The notes beneath the pieces are model-generated. The model did not search any database and was not told the origin of the DNA. It worked only from the letters and a program-made list of their open reading frames with translations. Source: Nemertoderma westbladi (Eukaryota; Animalia; Xenacoelomorpha). From it: a stretch of 62,206 nt of DNA. Position numbers and translations under genes: made by a program. Positions within the stretch are counted from its first letter, which is position 1. The number at the start of each line of letters is the position of its first letter. The stretch is taken from contig JAUCBJ010000987.1 in assembly GCA_032718475.1 (NCBI GenBank), forward strand, positions 1 through 62,206, read 5' to 3'. Shown piece after piece: positions 23,586 through 35,658 of this stretch.

Positions 23586-25224
23586 TTTGTTAATATGACG
23601 CATGTTTTCTCTGATCGTAATGGTTGTTATCAGGTTAAATGTGTAACCTCTATCTCATATATTGCTCTCGTCATTATTGGTTTATTTTGTATAAGTTTTG
23701 TATGACTTATATTCTGAAGGACTAATAATGCTGCCCGCCGTGTGGGGAATGGAGGGAGGTTAATCCTAAGGTCGGTTATGAGTGTTTCATTAATGGTGTA
23801 GGAATGGGAGCATTGCGTGGTGGTTGGAAGGTCTGTAATTCGAGAGTCACTGGTGTTTGTTTATTATAGTCCATTAGCTGGAGTCATAAATCAACAGTTG
23901 ACATGTTTATTCGTTTTAAAAAATTTCCCATAGATGTTGTTGGTTTGTTCTTGGTGAATATTCAATATAACAGGGGTATAAATTTATCTCCATAATTCTA
24001 TCTTATAACAGAGGTATAAAATCGCGCTTTATCAATAAGATGATAGCAAATGGGGTATCTTTGGGTTGTTGATATCATTATAAATGTAATGAAAAGGCAG
24101 TGGTGGTGTGACTTTGATTTTTGATGTGGTATAGTATTGGTAATCTGTTAATTGGTAGGGGAATAGTGTTTAGATGGATTGTTTTGTTGTGTATTTAGGA
24201 GAGATATTGTCCGTTATCATTATAGGTATAGAACCTGTATTAAATAGTAATAGTATTTATTACTAACTAATCCAATTTTATTCTGTTTTTCTGAAGTTGG
24301 GACGGTAGTTTGAGCGTTTTAGAGAAAAAAAGTGGAAGATTTAGTTGGAAATTTGTTAGTTGGGTAGTGCGCTATGCTGTATCTTACCCATAGGTGCCCA
24401 GCCCAACACCTACAGGGGGTATTTAAGGAATACCCTACCCTGGGTTAGATGTCTCTAGTGTTGCCACTAAAAGTTGCGGAACCCTATACCGCATGGAAAT
24501 TAAAATCCCTGAAAGTAAAAAATTTGGTAAAATTTGGTGAAAGGGCCTGGAAATATGTAAATTAATGCAATTGAAATATTTCTGAAAAATATACATGAAA
24601 AAGAAGTAAATATCAGCCATATTAATTGCCAATTTGTTCGTTAGTTTATATCATGCTAGTTGAATTACAATCCCAGTATTTGTCAGATTTGTACAGTACC
24701 AATTATACCTTAATTTTTAACATGCATGAGTATGAAAGAGTATGTATTGACACTCGCGAAATGATAGGTGAGCATTGCAATTAATTTAGTAAAAGTTTTG
24801 AACAATATGTACAGTATTCCATTAAGTGAGATTATGACTGATATTCTCAGTAAATCATGCATTCGTCTTGCAAGCTTACCGCTTTAGTTGTATGATTCAA
24901 CTTATCCTGTTTTTTTTTGTATTGGGTACAATCTTTCAGATCGTAGCTGTGGGTGGGTGTCGGCTGTCGGGGTAGGGTAGCGGGTTGGTGTGTGTTGATT
25001 TTATGTTCATTTTCGTCGGAGAGCGGGAGTGGGAGAGGTGATGAGTTGGGGCAGTTCCTCGGCAATAATAATACTGCCTCTCAATAAAGAGACCCCCTTT
25101 ACTGCTATCAGGGACGCGTTGTTCGACAGAGCCCCGTCAGCAAAAACAGCCAGTACCGCTAGTCGGTGGGGTTGACTTGTTGACGAGAGGCTATTTACAG
25201 GCGCATCGGTCAACCATTACTGAC

Positions 25225-25460
25225 CCAACGGGGTACATATTTAATGAAAATCACCCCATATACATACACGAGTCCATATAACAGTCGTTCTAGAAATACT
25301 GTGACGGTGGAAATTCCTACGTATAAACACAGAACGCTCGGTGACCGCGTCTCCGCAGTATCGGTGCCTACACTGCGGAATAAACTAACTAAAATAAAAT
25401 ACGTGCCGCAACATCTATTGATATATTTAAGAAGAAGCTCAAAACTCATTTATTCGATAA
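25225..25460 (+). pseudogene. L2-clade LINE ORF2 C-terminal fragment
   Basis: TLGDRVSAVSVPTLRNKL and, in a shifted frame, SIDIFKKKLKTHLF resemble the L2 ORF2 end. Confidence 0.65.
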
Positions 25461-26191
25461 AACGTTTCCAACCCAATATTAATTAACTTCATTATTTTTA
25501 CTTTTTTTTTACTACTTTATGTCATTGCTAACTCGAAAGTTGCAGCGCTTAGAGTCTAATTTTAAATTTTTAGCGCTAAATATAATTTTAGCGATTGATT
25601 GATTTAACTTGGGAGTTAGTGTGGCGCATATAATACCTCACATAGAAAACAACTTAGTTAGTTAGGGCCTACCTATCGATCCTGAGATACACAGTGGCTT
25701 CATTAGGTCGACAACGATATAATTAATTATTAAAAATGTAATCAGACGAAAATTATGTCCAAACACGAAACAGCTAATGTTGTATTAAATTGCTAATAGT
25801 GATAATTTATAAAAAATCTCATACCACGGAACAGTCAACCTAACCACCATTATGAAAAGCAGCAAACCGCGGGAAGTAAAACACTATATGTCATGGTTAG
25901 AGACAGGAGGAGGTGGGGCACGTCACGCAAATCCTAACTCGCTGAATTAATATCTCATCTTTTTGTTAAATTATCAATTGAGGGAAAGGGGGAGGTTACA
26001 GCGGCACGTTATTCTAACCAAAACAATAAACGATGAAAAGCATATATATAATATAATTATTTTTGGGAGTAATCAGATGTTATTTGCGTCGATTTTACCC
26101 TGGAGTGGGATGAATTTTGATAGCTACAAAAGCCCTACCCCCCCCCCCCTCGCCCTTTTATCTGCTTGGTCTTGGCCAAGTCGTTGTTTTT

Positions 26192-26974
26192 TTAATTAAC
26201 TTCCAAAGTTGTGTCGAAATAGTTTGTAGTTGAGCACCTGCAGAACGGACAGGTAGACAAATAACGCAGACACCCGGCGCAAAAACCAGTGTGTCCGCAA
26301 GGGATCAAACAAAATGAAGCAGGCGAATCGTGACAGATGGAACATAGATCGGTCTGTTCCGAAGGATTGAACATCCGTCGCAGCGTGTTGATGACTCCTT
26401 CCGATGTAACCAGGAAACTGCGCGACATTAGCGAAGATAATCCCTGGATGAACACGTAGTAAACAGGTTCAATACGAGTTTGGTTCGATCTATGAGTGTC
26501 TGGTGTTACTATAGCAACAACGGTACTACCCTGAGTCTCTTCATGTGGGAGTTTTAACGTCAGAGAACGGCTGCTAACACTGCCGAGTGCCTCGCCAAAG
26601 TAAACCGAACGTTTACCAAGTTCTGAAAGAACAGCAGTTTTGTTAGCCCATTGCGAGAATCCAGGGATGAGATTCTGCAGTTCTAATTCCGTTTCGATGA
26701 ATAAAAAGTAATTTAGTCGACATTTTTGTGTAAAATTAACATCGGCAATAAGTCGGGGGATTGATGTATTGTTGGGGCGATAGATGTTCGTTATAATGAA
26801 CGGGTTGTAGACCGGAGTCATGGCGAGTTGGATGGCTGGAGATATGGGGACCGGTGTTGGGGGGTAGTGCCGCTCCAGTATATTAGTGTCCCAGCCCAGT
26901 CGGTAGATAAAGTAGAATAAAATGGCGAACGCCGATCCTATAATAGCGCATGAAACGAGCACCACGTAACTCAT
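26192..26974 (-). CDS. Intronless N-terminal TM, C-terminal RING (IAP/MUL1-type C3HC4) putative E3 ligase
   Basis: Hydrophobic residues ~3-25 and the RING CSICHDSPASFCLIPCGHTGFCAGCLRYLSTCPFCR. Confidence 0.75.
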   Translation of the reverse strand: MSYVVLVSCAIIGSAFAILFYFIYRLGWDTNILERHYPPTPVPISPAIQLAMTPVYNPFIITNIYRPNNTSIPRLIADVNFTQKCRLNYFLFIETELELQNLIPGFSQWANKTAVLSELGKRSVYFGEALGSVSSRSLTLKLPHEETQGSTVVAIVTPDTHRSNQTRIEPVYYVFIQGLSSLMSRSFLVTSEGVINTLRRMFNPSEQTDLCSICHDSPASFCLIPCGHTGFCAGCLRYLSTCPFCRCSTTNYFDTTLEVN

Positions 26975-27394
26975 CTTATTGACAACTTTAAAGTAGCAAA
27001 CTATGTTCGCTTGTAAGTAAATCTAAATCAGTATATTGGGCCTATAAATTATATAACTATAGGCTAGCCACTGTCACTAGGCCGACAGGCTTGGTTTAAA
27101 ACTTTTAAGAGCGATTATTTTATAGAGTGACTAACAGCAATGACTATCAGACCGGTAGTCCGAAACGAATTACAGACGGCATTCCTGAATCCCAATAGAA
27201 CAACTAATCAACCCCAACATATAGTGGTACAATCAAGTTGCAAGCTGGATCAGTTGCAGAGTTATGGACACAGGCAATCGATGCTATTCTTACTTCATGT
27301 AAATCAAGCAGTTACAAGCCAAAGCCACTGTTAATATCAAATGAAGTTTTATTAACGGTACTGTATTACATAGGACTATTACTGTATTACAATA

Positions 27395-27649
27395 TTAGTT
27401 TTCTTCCGTTGTAGTCTCAGATTTACATTGCTTCCCTGTAACGGATGTGAATGTCTTGCACGCCAATCTCTTCGTCCCAAGTAGAGCTAAGGAAGGTAAG
27501 TCACTAACGTATTGTCCGACAAGCATCACCCTACTGTTCCAAGATCTCCGCATTGCAGTTTTGTCTTGGTTGTATCGAAACACCAGATAACTGGCCCCAC
27601 CGACCCCACCGGAAATGAAGCCCCATTTTAGAATTCTCAGCACACTCAT
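27395..27649 (-). CDS. Small putative membrane-anchored protein (84 aa)
   Basis: Gly-rich hydrophobic N-terminus. TATAAAA upstream and AATAAA ~40 nt downstream on the minus strand. Confidence 0.4.
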   Translation of the reverse strand: MSVLRILKWGFISGGVGGASYLVFRYNQDKTAMRRSWNSRVMLVGQYVSDLPSLALLGTKRLACKTFTSVTGKQCKSETTTEEN

Positions 27650-28524
27650 TTCATTGTTTTATAGGCTCGGGTCCATTTAATAAACATATGAATAAGATAG
27701 GGTTCCTCTTACTGTCTTATTGAATTCGTACCTACAGTAGCACTACAGCACTAGCACAGTAGGCCTAGCAGCTTAGGTTAAGTTGTTGAAGCTAATTTCA
27801 GTTAATTAATTGCAGGCTGATTGCTTAACTAACCAGTAATTCTGTCTTGGTGCCTAGCCTAACTGCTGAACTCAGAACTGTCCAATTAGGTATTGCAGTA
27901 ATGCTGAATGCAGGAATGCCTATTCGGGACTACAAGTCAGCAAGTAATTCTGGCTCTACTGCAGTACTGCTTTATCACACAGTCAGACAGTGGGACAGTC
28001 ACATCAGCACATATTGCACATGCGGAACATGATTTTTCTAACTTCTTTTTATTTTGCCTTGCTTGTTTACTGCCCAGCTCTTCTGATCTTCTCTTCCTAT
28101 TCCATACTGCAGTACCGGTACTGCTGTCTGGCTGTACTGACAGTGTGGGCCACCGTACGTACCCAGTTAGTTCAACCATGGCCTAATATACACTATATAT
28201 ATGCGGCCTAACATGCCTGCACAAACGCCTGTTTCAAAAGAGGCCAGTTTTTTTTATATCGTTTTAAACGTGTTAATAGTGCCCCATGCTGCCATGCTCT
28301 TAAAATTCATACCACACAGTAATGTTGATGATAGGCTATTTGGCCCATATCATATTTTTTTTACAACGTTCACTAATAAGTCCTTTCCGCACCATTAGAA
28401 GTCAACTTATTTCACAAGGTATTGGTGTCAATAATGTACAGGGCAGGCAGCGAGTGGCAAGTGACTTAGCGGCGAGTAAGCTTTAGCATATGGTTATAAT
28501 AAATTATGTTGTGCCCAAGGACAA

Positions 28525-28641
28525 TGTTCGCGCTTTTAGACCTTTTAGCAGTTAACCTGCCAATTTAAATGTGCCTTTAATTATAAATCGAGTTTTGCCC
28601 TTACCAATTACCTGGTGTACTGAATTTACATCCGCCGAAGC
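28525..28641 (-). repeat. Remnant of the A2 3' LTR
   Basis: 117 bp matching 57896-58012 with about 3 differences. Ends where the B2 LTR begins. Confidence 0.85.
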
Positions 28642-28967
28642 TGTGACGGGATCAGAGATCCCGACCGGGTAAATTGTTATACGCGTCACCGTCACCGTTG
28701 GCTCTGAGATGGTACTAATAGCTTGGCCGAGGCCGTTGGAGAAAAGCGATAAGAGTTTGATGTTGTTTCTTGATGTTATAATATATGATAGCACAATTAA
28801 TATGGCAGAGATAATAGTATGTGATTGATACCGGTAATAATATATGATGACAGCCGATGACGTTGAATAATTGTTACCGGTTTGCACTAAAACTGAGTAA
28901 CTAACTAACTGATGTACCAATCCAAGAATCTGACATAATATATGATTGATACACCAATATTGCTTCA
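28642..28967 (-). repeat. Probable 3' LTR of B2 (326 bp)
   Basis: Sense TGAAGC...CCCGTCACA, directly preceded by the purine tract GGTAGAGTAGGAGG. The same terminus ends B1 at 7519. Confidence 0.6.
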
Positions 28968-30072
28968 CCTCCTACTCTACCTTGGCCTGCTACCTAATGG
29001 ATGCTCTCCTGTGCCCTATCATGTGCTTCCCTCCCCCCTATTGGCTAATATGCACTTCTCACCCTGGCACTCTCTGGGAGTGTTTCCCCTGTGCTGCTAG
29101 CCTCTACTAGCTGTGTTCCCTCCGAGGTGGTTTGACCTCTAACCTTCCTTTCTGTGTGGCTACGGGGCTTGTGCTATCCCCCCCCCCCCAAATGTTGGTT
29201 GTGATACGAGATTAATATTGCTAATCTCGTATCTCCAACATATTTCTAAAATGCCACCATCCCATTTTCTGGTGGGTAATGAAGTGGAATTGAATCCGCT
29301 TACACTCCCCCCCATGCTATCTTCCCGGTGAGAAGATAGCATCAACTTCAAGTGCGCTTCAATTCTGCTGGAACCCGATCTACTATCGGGTGTGGGGTGG
29401 AGTTCTTTTCTCGGGGTTGGCTTTCCAGGCCGCCCCCCCTGGGTACGATATAGCTACACCTTCTTGGTGCAATCGCAACCTATGTTGCACCAAGACATCT
29501 GACGTCTCGGTTCGAGACAATTGTGGACTCCTTTCACACAATTTTATACCACCTCTCTCTGAACTCACTCTAACTTCACTCCACTCTATATCCTATGGAC
29601 CCTATCGTCCCTCACTCTCTACCTTACTGCTCGCTCCCCACATTCGAATTGCACCCGTCTACATTCTGCGCACGTCAACACCTCCTCTCCGTTCCTCCCC
29701 CATGTTCCTATACTCAACCCACATTTATTTCACTCCACTCACTCCTGACGAGCCTCACCCTCCCCTTTTGTGCCGTCACACTCAAGAAGTGTGATTCGTC
29801 TGCTGTCCTGTCCTCCTACCATAGTCAATTGGTCCCCAGTCCCAGTAGCTAGTTGGAAAAGGTTATATGACTATAGTACTTACTTTGATTATATTGATTC
29901 TAATTATATTCTATTGATTATTACATATGTACATACTAATTGCACTTTATTAAATTTGCACTTAGGAGTTCGTATTACTTCACATGTGATGCCTTCCAGG
30001 CATCCCCACATCTCCCCCTCCGAGTCTTAGTTCGCTCCTCCCATCTTCGGGAAACATCTCAGTTCCTTCCCT

Positions 30073-31500
30073 CTATCGTCGTCCTGTCTGGGTCGCTTCA
30101 TTCCCTCTGGTTTGTCTTCCTTGAGACTCCAGTTCTCTCGGTCTCTTCCTCGCGAAATTGCCCTCAGAGACCACTGGCATGGGCATCGCTTGCAATCCTG
30201 ATGTCGACTGTTTCGGCGATTCTTCTGTCCATCCTAGCTCCTCCCCCAGAAATTCGCCCAAGCTCCCTGATCCCCACCGTAGCTCGTCCAGGTTCTTGGC
30301 CTCGAACCCGTAGTCCTCTCCTCTAGCTTCCGCCTCTCTTTCGTCTGCCTCCCTCCTTTCTCGTCTGGCGACTTCTTCCAGTCGCTTCTCTTCCAGTCTA
30401 GCTGCCTCCAGCTTCTCCCACCTCTGATATGGTGTATCCACCTCCCTGCCTACTAGATGCCGGCAGTTGTAGTATACCGACTCGCCCTTCAGCCCCGGGT
30501 GGTCTGCCAGACCTTCGAAGGCCACCTTGAAGGCTCTTCTGTAGTTCAGGGGTGATCCTGACAGCAGAAACACCATTGGCTCTCTTCCGATAACCACGGC
30601 CATGAATAGGTTTAGTAAACCTATCATTATCCAATCCTCCTGCAGGATATATCGCTTCTGATATATCTTTATCACTCCTCTCTGGAACTGATACACCTCC
30701 TGTTTCCGTGGCCTCGCTCCCCACTTCAGCGAGTTCGCCAGCTCCGCTCCGTACTCCTCCCTGAATTTACCCCAGTCCATCGGCTTGTGGCAGACGAGCC
30801 CCATGCGCTGGCCCATTGCCACTGCTCCGCAATGTCCTGTCTTCTCTATCAATCCCAACCCGTCTGGCCCTGTCATGGCCATGTAGACCGCTTGCATGTC
30901 CAGGAGGTTGGGAGTCTCCGGTCTGACGATCCTCTCTGCATCGTCGTGGATCGCCGATCCCACCTTCATCGTCGACTTCTCCCTTACTAGGTTCTGCACT
31001 GCCCTTGGCAACCGGTTTAATTTCGGCCCGCTCTTCTACCCATACGTTCCTAGCTCGAATAGGAATATGTCTCCATTTGGCACAGCCAAATGCAATAGTA
31101 TGGTTCTGGCCGACCCCACCGACCCTCTTCTCGAACCCTCGTCGTCTTCCACAGTCCCCTCGTCGTCTAGGACCATGTATCCTCCCCTGTTTACGGACTC
31201 TACGAACCTCCTCCAGTCCTTTCTCGGTGGTTCCCTCGGATACTTCGGTATCCCGAACTTCGCCTCGTCCCCTTTCACTACGTAGTGGAAATGCTCGAGG
31301 ATCGCGTTGTCTAGCGACGGTGTCCCGTAGGTCCCGACCAGTCGCCTCTTGTGCATCTCCCTGAAGTGGTCTTGCAGCGCTCGCGCTTTGTGACCCTTCG
31401 CTAGCGGGTGAAGTCTACTAGTATCTCCTTTCCACTTCTTTCCGTCTTTCTCTTCCTGACAAGTCTCTCCGCCATTACAAACACTCCCGATCGCTCACCC
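30073..31500 (-). pseudogene. ORF3 of B2: DEDDy 3'-5' exonuclease (WRN/RNase D-like), frameshifted
   Basis: ExoI MVLDDEG, LPRAVQNLV...KVGSAIHDD (ExoII), LLDMQ, W...QKRYILQED (ExoIII-like). The start is approximate. Confidence 0.65.
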
Positions 31501-32027
31501 ACTTGGTGGTGCCTTGCCAAGGCTCAAAATAGATGAGTGACGTTACTAAGATGGTCTGTATGGTTCGGTAATGGCCTATCTCTCTCAGAACACTAAATTT
31601 GCACTATATTTTTGACCTATTTGCCCCCCAAAGTGCTAACTTTCCTAAATTCCCCAAATTTGTTAGTTACTTTTATTATGTTCTAGAATTTTCACCTACT
31701 GTTTCTACTATTATTGCTCATAGTGGGTTATTTCTGCCTAGATAACCCGTATGGTTTGCATACAGAGTAGACTAGCTATTATCCACTGTGCTAGTCTGCA
31801 CCAGGTAACCTCCTGGCCCTGTATCAAACATTCTAACCTACTCTACGGGCTGTGCAGTACAGTAGTCTGTCTCGTGCGGCCCACACGGTCTATCCTGCTG
31901 TACCCATGTGCCCCCCTCACTTTCGTGGTGATTTCTATGCCCACAGCCCCTATGGTACTACGTACCCTATCACCACTATTCCTATGATATATTTACATAT
32001 TATACTCTCCACTCTCTTACTACTAAC

Positions 32028-32290
32028 TCTACTAATTCTGCTGACTCTACTAACTATACTAACTACACTAACTCTACTAACCCTCTAACTCTACTAACTC
32101 TCCAACTCTACTAACTCTCTAACTCTACTAACTCTCTAACTCTCTTACTCTACTAACTCTATAACTCTCCAACTCTACTAACTCTCTAACTCTACTAACT
32201 CTACTAACTCTCTAACTCTACTAACTCTATAACTCTCCAACTCTACTAACTCTCTAACTCTACTAACTCTCTAACTCTACTAACTTTACC
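32028..32290. repeat. (CTCTAA/CTCTACTAA)-type microsatellite
   Basis: Visible directly in the sequence. Confidence 0.9.
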
Positions 32291-32297
32291 AACCCTA

Positions 32298-32575
32298 ACG
32301 GTACTATGTACCCTCTTACTCCCGTGGTATGTTTATATACCACACTCCCTATACTTCTAACTCTAACAGTACTATGTACCCTCTTACTCCCGTGGTATGC
32401 CTATATACCACACTCCCTATACCTCTAACTATCTACTAACGGTATTATGTACCCTCTAGCCTCCCGTGGTATGCCTATATACCACACTCCCTATACCTCT
32501 AACTACCTACTAACGGTACTTTGTACCCTCTTACTCCCGTGGTATGCCTATATACCATACTCCCTATACCTCTAT
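32298..32575. repeat. 68-74-bp tandem repeat x4 with internal hairpin
   Basis: TGTACCCTCTTACTCCCGTGGTATG units near 32301, 32369, 32442 and 32516. Confidence 0.85.
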
Positions 32576-32745
32576 CTGCCTACTTACTTACTACTACATA
32601 CTATCTACTATTACTTTCTTTTTCTAACTTTCTATTTATTTCACTTCTTTATTTTTATTTTTTTTATTTTTTTTATATTTTGTGTGGGAAGGGCGTCTCG
32701 CCCTCAATCCCACCCCCCTCAGTCCAACACTTGGACGACTAAACT

Positions 32746-34000
32746 CTATGGTGCCCCTTCTAATAGGCAGCACTTCCCTACAGCCCTCCTGTAGGTCTTC
32801 CTGTCCTTTGCTCCTATCTTACCCCCTATCCGCACTTCCACTCTAGTGTCTCTAGTCTCTCAGTGTCTACCACTCTCGCTAGCCTCCACTGGTTAATGAT
32901 GATTGTGTCGTCAGTGACGATCACCAAGTCACCTTTCTTCAACTCTCTAGTGGTGTTTCTCCACTTGCTCCTCCTGTGTAATGTGGGTAGGTATTCCTCG
33001 ACCCACCTCCTCCAATACTCGGCGCTTATCGCCTTGGCGACTTTCCAACTCTGTCGGGAGTGTATGTCATCTGGGTCTACACCCTGCATGTCGATGGTCG
33101 CCGGCCTTTCTATCAGAAAGTGGCCCGGTGTTAGTACGTCTAGTGATTCTGGGTCATCATTCTCCGGGTATAGCGGTCTGCTATTGATGATTCACTCACA
33201 CTTAGCTAGCACCGTTCTTAGTATGTCCTCAGTGACCATGTGGGTGTTCATCAACTTTGTCATCAGACGTTTAGAGCTACCCACAAGCCTCTCGACACAT
33301 CCTAAAGTATGTGGCACATACGGCGTCCTCCTTTCCCATTTCACCTGTCGCCTCTTCATGGCCGCCCTGACATCGTCTCCCTCTAGGATGTCAAAGGCCT
33401 CTGCCAACTCGTTCTCCGCTCCCACAAAGTTAGTCCCATTGTTGGAATAGATCACTGCGATTGTTCCACCTTTGCGGTCTCTAAATCTCTCTAAGGCATT
33501 AATGAATGCTGATGCCGTAGCGTCCTGCGCGAGTTCTATTCCTACCGCCCTCGTGTTGTTGCATACGAAGATGATGCCGTAGCGTTTCTCCGTGTGTCAC
33601 ATCACCCTGATCTTAATCGGCCCGAACATGTCTACGCCGCAGTGCATGAATGGCGGGTCGTGCTGTCTCACTCTACTGGCCGGTAATGGCGCCATCTCCT
33701 GTACGGCCCTCTCCTTTCTCGTCCGTCGGCAGGTCTGGCACTGCCCCACTACCGCCTTCACCTTCTTCCTTAGCTGCATGATCCATAAAGTCCTCCATAT
33801 CTCTGTGAGGGTCTGGTTGGTGCCTCCGTGTAATATCGACTTGTGGGAGTCCCAAATGATCTGGTGGACTATCGGCGATTTGTTGGGAATGATTACGGGT
33901 TTTGGTGGGATGATTAGGCTGTTGTTGTTCAGCACTCTGGAGTTCATCACCAGAATCCCATCATCGTTTAGTTGAGGGGACAGCGCGTTGAGCTCGCTGA
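32746..34000 (-). pseudogene. Bel/Pao integrase, disrupted
   Basis: H..HGG...C..C zinc finger, QEMAPLP, GVDMFGP, SNNGTNFVGA, YWRRWVEEYLPTL. Contains stops and frameshifts. Confidence 0.92.
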
Positions 34001-34106
34001 CCCGACGAAGATGTTGTTTATATGTTTATATATATATGTAAAGGTTATGAGGTCTCGGGACCGGTACTAATGCTTTACTCCGATATAACGGTGTTACTTA
34101 CATTAG

Positions 34107-35426
34107 TTACCGGTACCTGCTGATGGGTGCCCGGTTGGGAATCCGCACTAGGTGGTAGTGGCGTCGCTCCTGCTGCTGAGGTTGTGAGGAGCTACGGGCA
34201 ACTGAGAGGGAACCGGTAGGCCGCTGTTGGGAGACGAAGTTACCGATACGACAGTAACGGGGCCAGATCTCACCACCAAGAAGAATATCCGCTTCTTCAT
34301 CTTTACAGCTGATAATGAACGAACGGTACGATGGATTTGGGTTGGATCCAATGGCCATACACTTGATATCCAGGTTAACTTTACACTTTACATAAGCTGT
34401 AAGCTCCTGAGCTTGAACCTCGGGAGCACAACCAGTTAAGAACAACTTGCGAAGTGGCTGAACAGTGGCAAACCCCAATGAGCTGGACTTACCATGAATG
34501 TATTTTGTTCGATGACCCAGTGGCTGTGAGCGACGCCCATCATCCCCAGATCCGCGAGCCGGTACTTTGCGAGCACTCGTTGGTTCCTTATCCTTAACTG
34601 GTTTGCCTGCACGCCCAACCTTGACGTATGGCACCCCGCCATCCCATCTGTAGGCTGGCCAGGAAGAGGTAGTCACATTCAACTGAATTGGACGTGGTAT
34701 GACCTCTTCGATCGATGCGGTAGACTCGGAGTTGGAATCCAGCTGATCGGTACCGGTAAGGTCAGGTACCAAAAAAATTGACTTAGGGGTAGGTTTCTTC
34801 TTTCTCTGCCTCTTGGACTTGGACTAAGAATTAACCGCCTCCGCGACATTCAGACCACCAGAGACCGAACTGAGGCCTGCACTAGTACAGGTGCCGGTAG
34901 CAGTATCGGGGGTTGCAGCAGAACAACTGACGACAGTCGGGGCGTTTAGATTACTCTCCATTACCACAATACGATCCTGGGGAGAGCTAACCATGTTTAG
35001 AAGGAACAGCATATCAGAGTCTGTAGACCCAAATGGCGGGATAACAGATAGATCGCACGGAACGAAAATTGGCCTAGGTTCCAAGGACTGGAACCCTGGA
35101 AATTCGAACATCTCTAGGATATCCTTTACAATAAGTTTCCTCATATCCTCACCTTGTTTCCTGTTCTTCACGAAGCTCTGTTTCGAAAGACCAGCTCTCC
35201 TCTCGTTCGAGCTACCCGAACCCGACGATAGCAAATTTAAGAGAAGGGTCTTGGCCTCCTTCAGCAGCGCATCTGGAAACTTTGGCCACGGCCCAATGAC
35301 AGCGGCAATTGAGTTGGGGTGCAACCCACGGGTGTGGGAGGTCCAGATGTAGGCTAAAATATCATTCCCTACATGACAGCAGGGACTAACAGCAACAACG
35401 GGTGGTATGTCCTCATCTAAGGTCAT
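34107..35426 (-). pseudogene. LINE ORF1-like protein (RTE-X/CR1-group type) with one in-frame stop; no ORF2 follows
   Basis: ORFs 34824-35426 and 34107-34772 are in frame. N-terminal ILAY...EAK.LL...KDIL...P.FVP.DLS.IPP and C-terminal LFLTG...YRSF...WP motifs. Confidence 0.6.
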
Positions 35427-35658
35427 ACTCTCTGTGGTGCAGCAGTAGGTACCAGGGTCCGGGACCGGGGTAGGCAGAAGGCAGGTAGGTGGTAGGTACT
35501 ATCTGTAATATGGCGGTACCAGTTTCAGTGTTTACCAGTTGTAGGTTATGAAATTGGCAGACTCACCGTAAGTCACCATATAATAGGTGGGAGCTGCTGC
35601 TTATATAAGCCACTGCTTCCAGTATATTTTATTATTTTTGCCATTTATTATTTATATA

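Larger units (their letters stand above)
28642..34005 (-). mobile_element. Bel/Pao family B, copy B2 (3' half: integrase, ORF3, 3' LTR)
   Basis: Integrase fragments, a post-pol segment shared with B1, and an LTR with adjacent polypurine tract. The right boundary is approximate. Confidence 0.75.

Noticed and set aside
32746-34000. Assigning this integrase and ORF3 to family A
   Set aside because: Its downstream sequence and LTR terminus match B1, not the A LTR.
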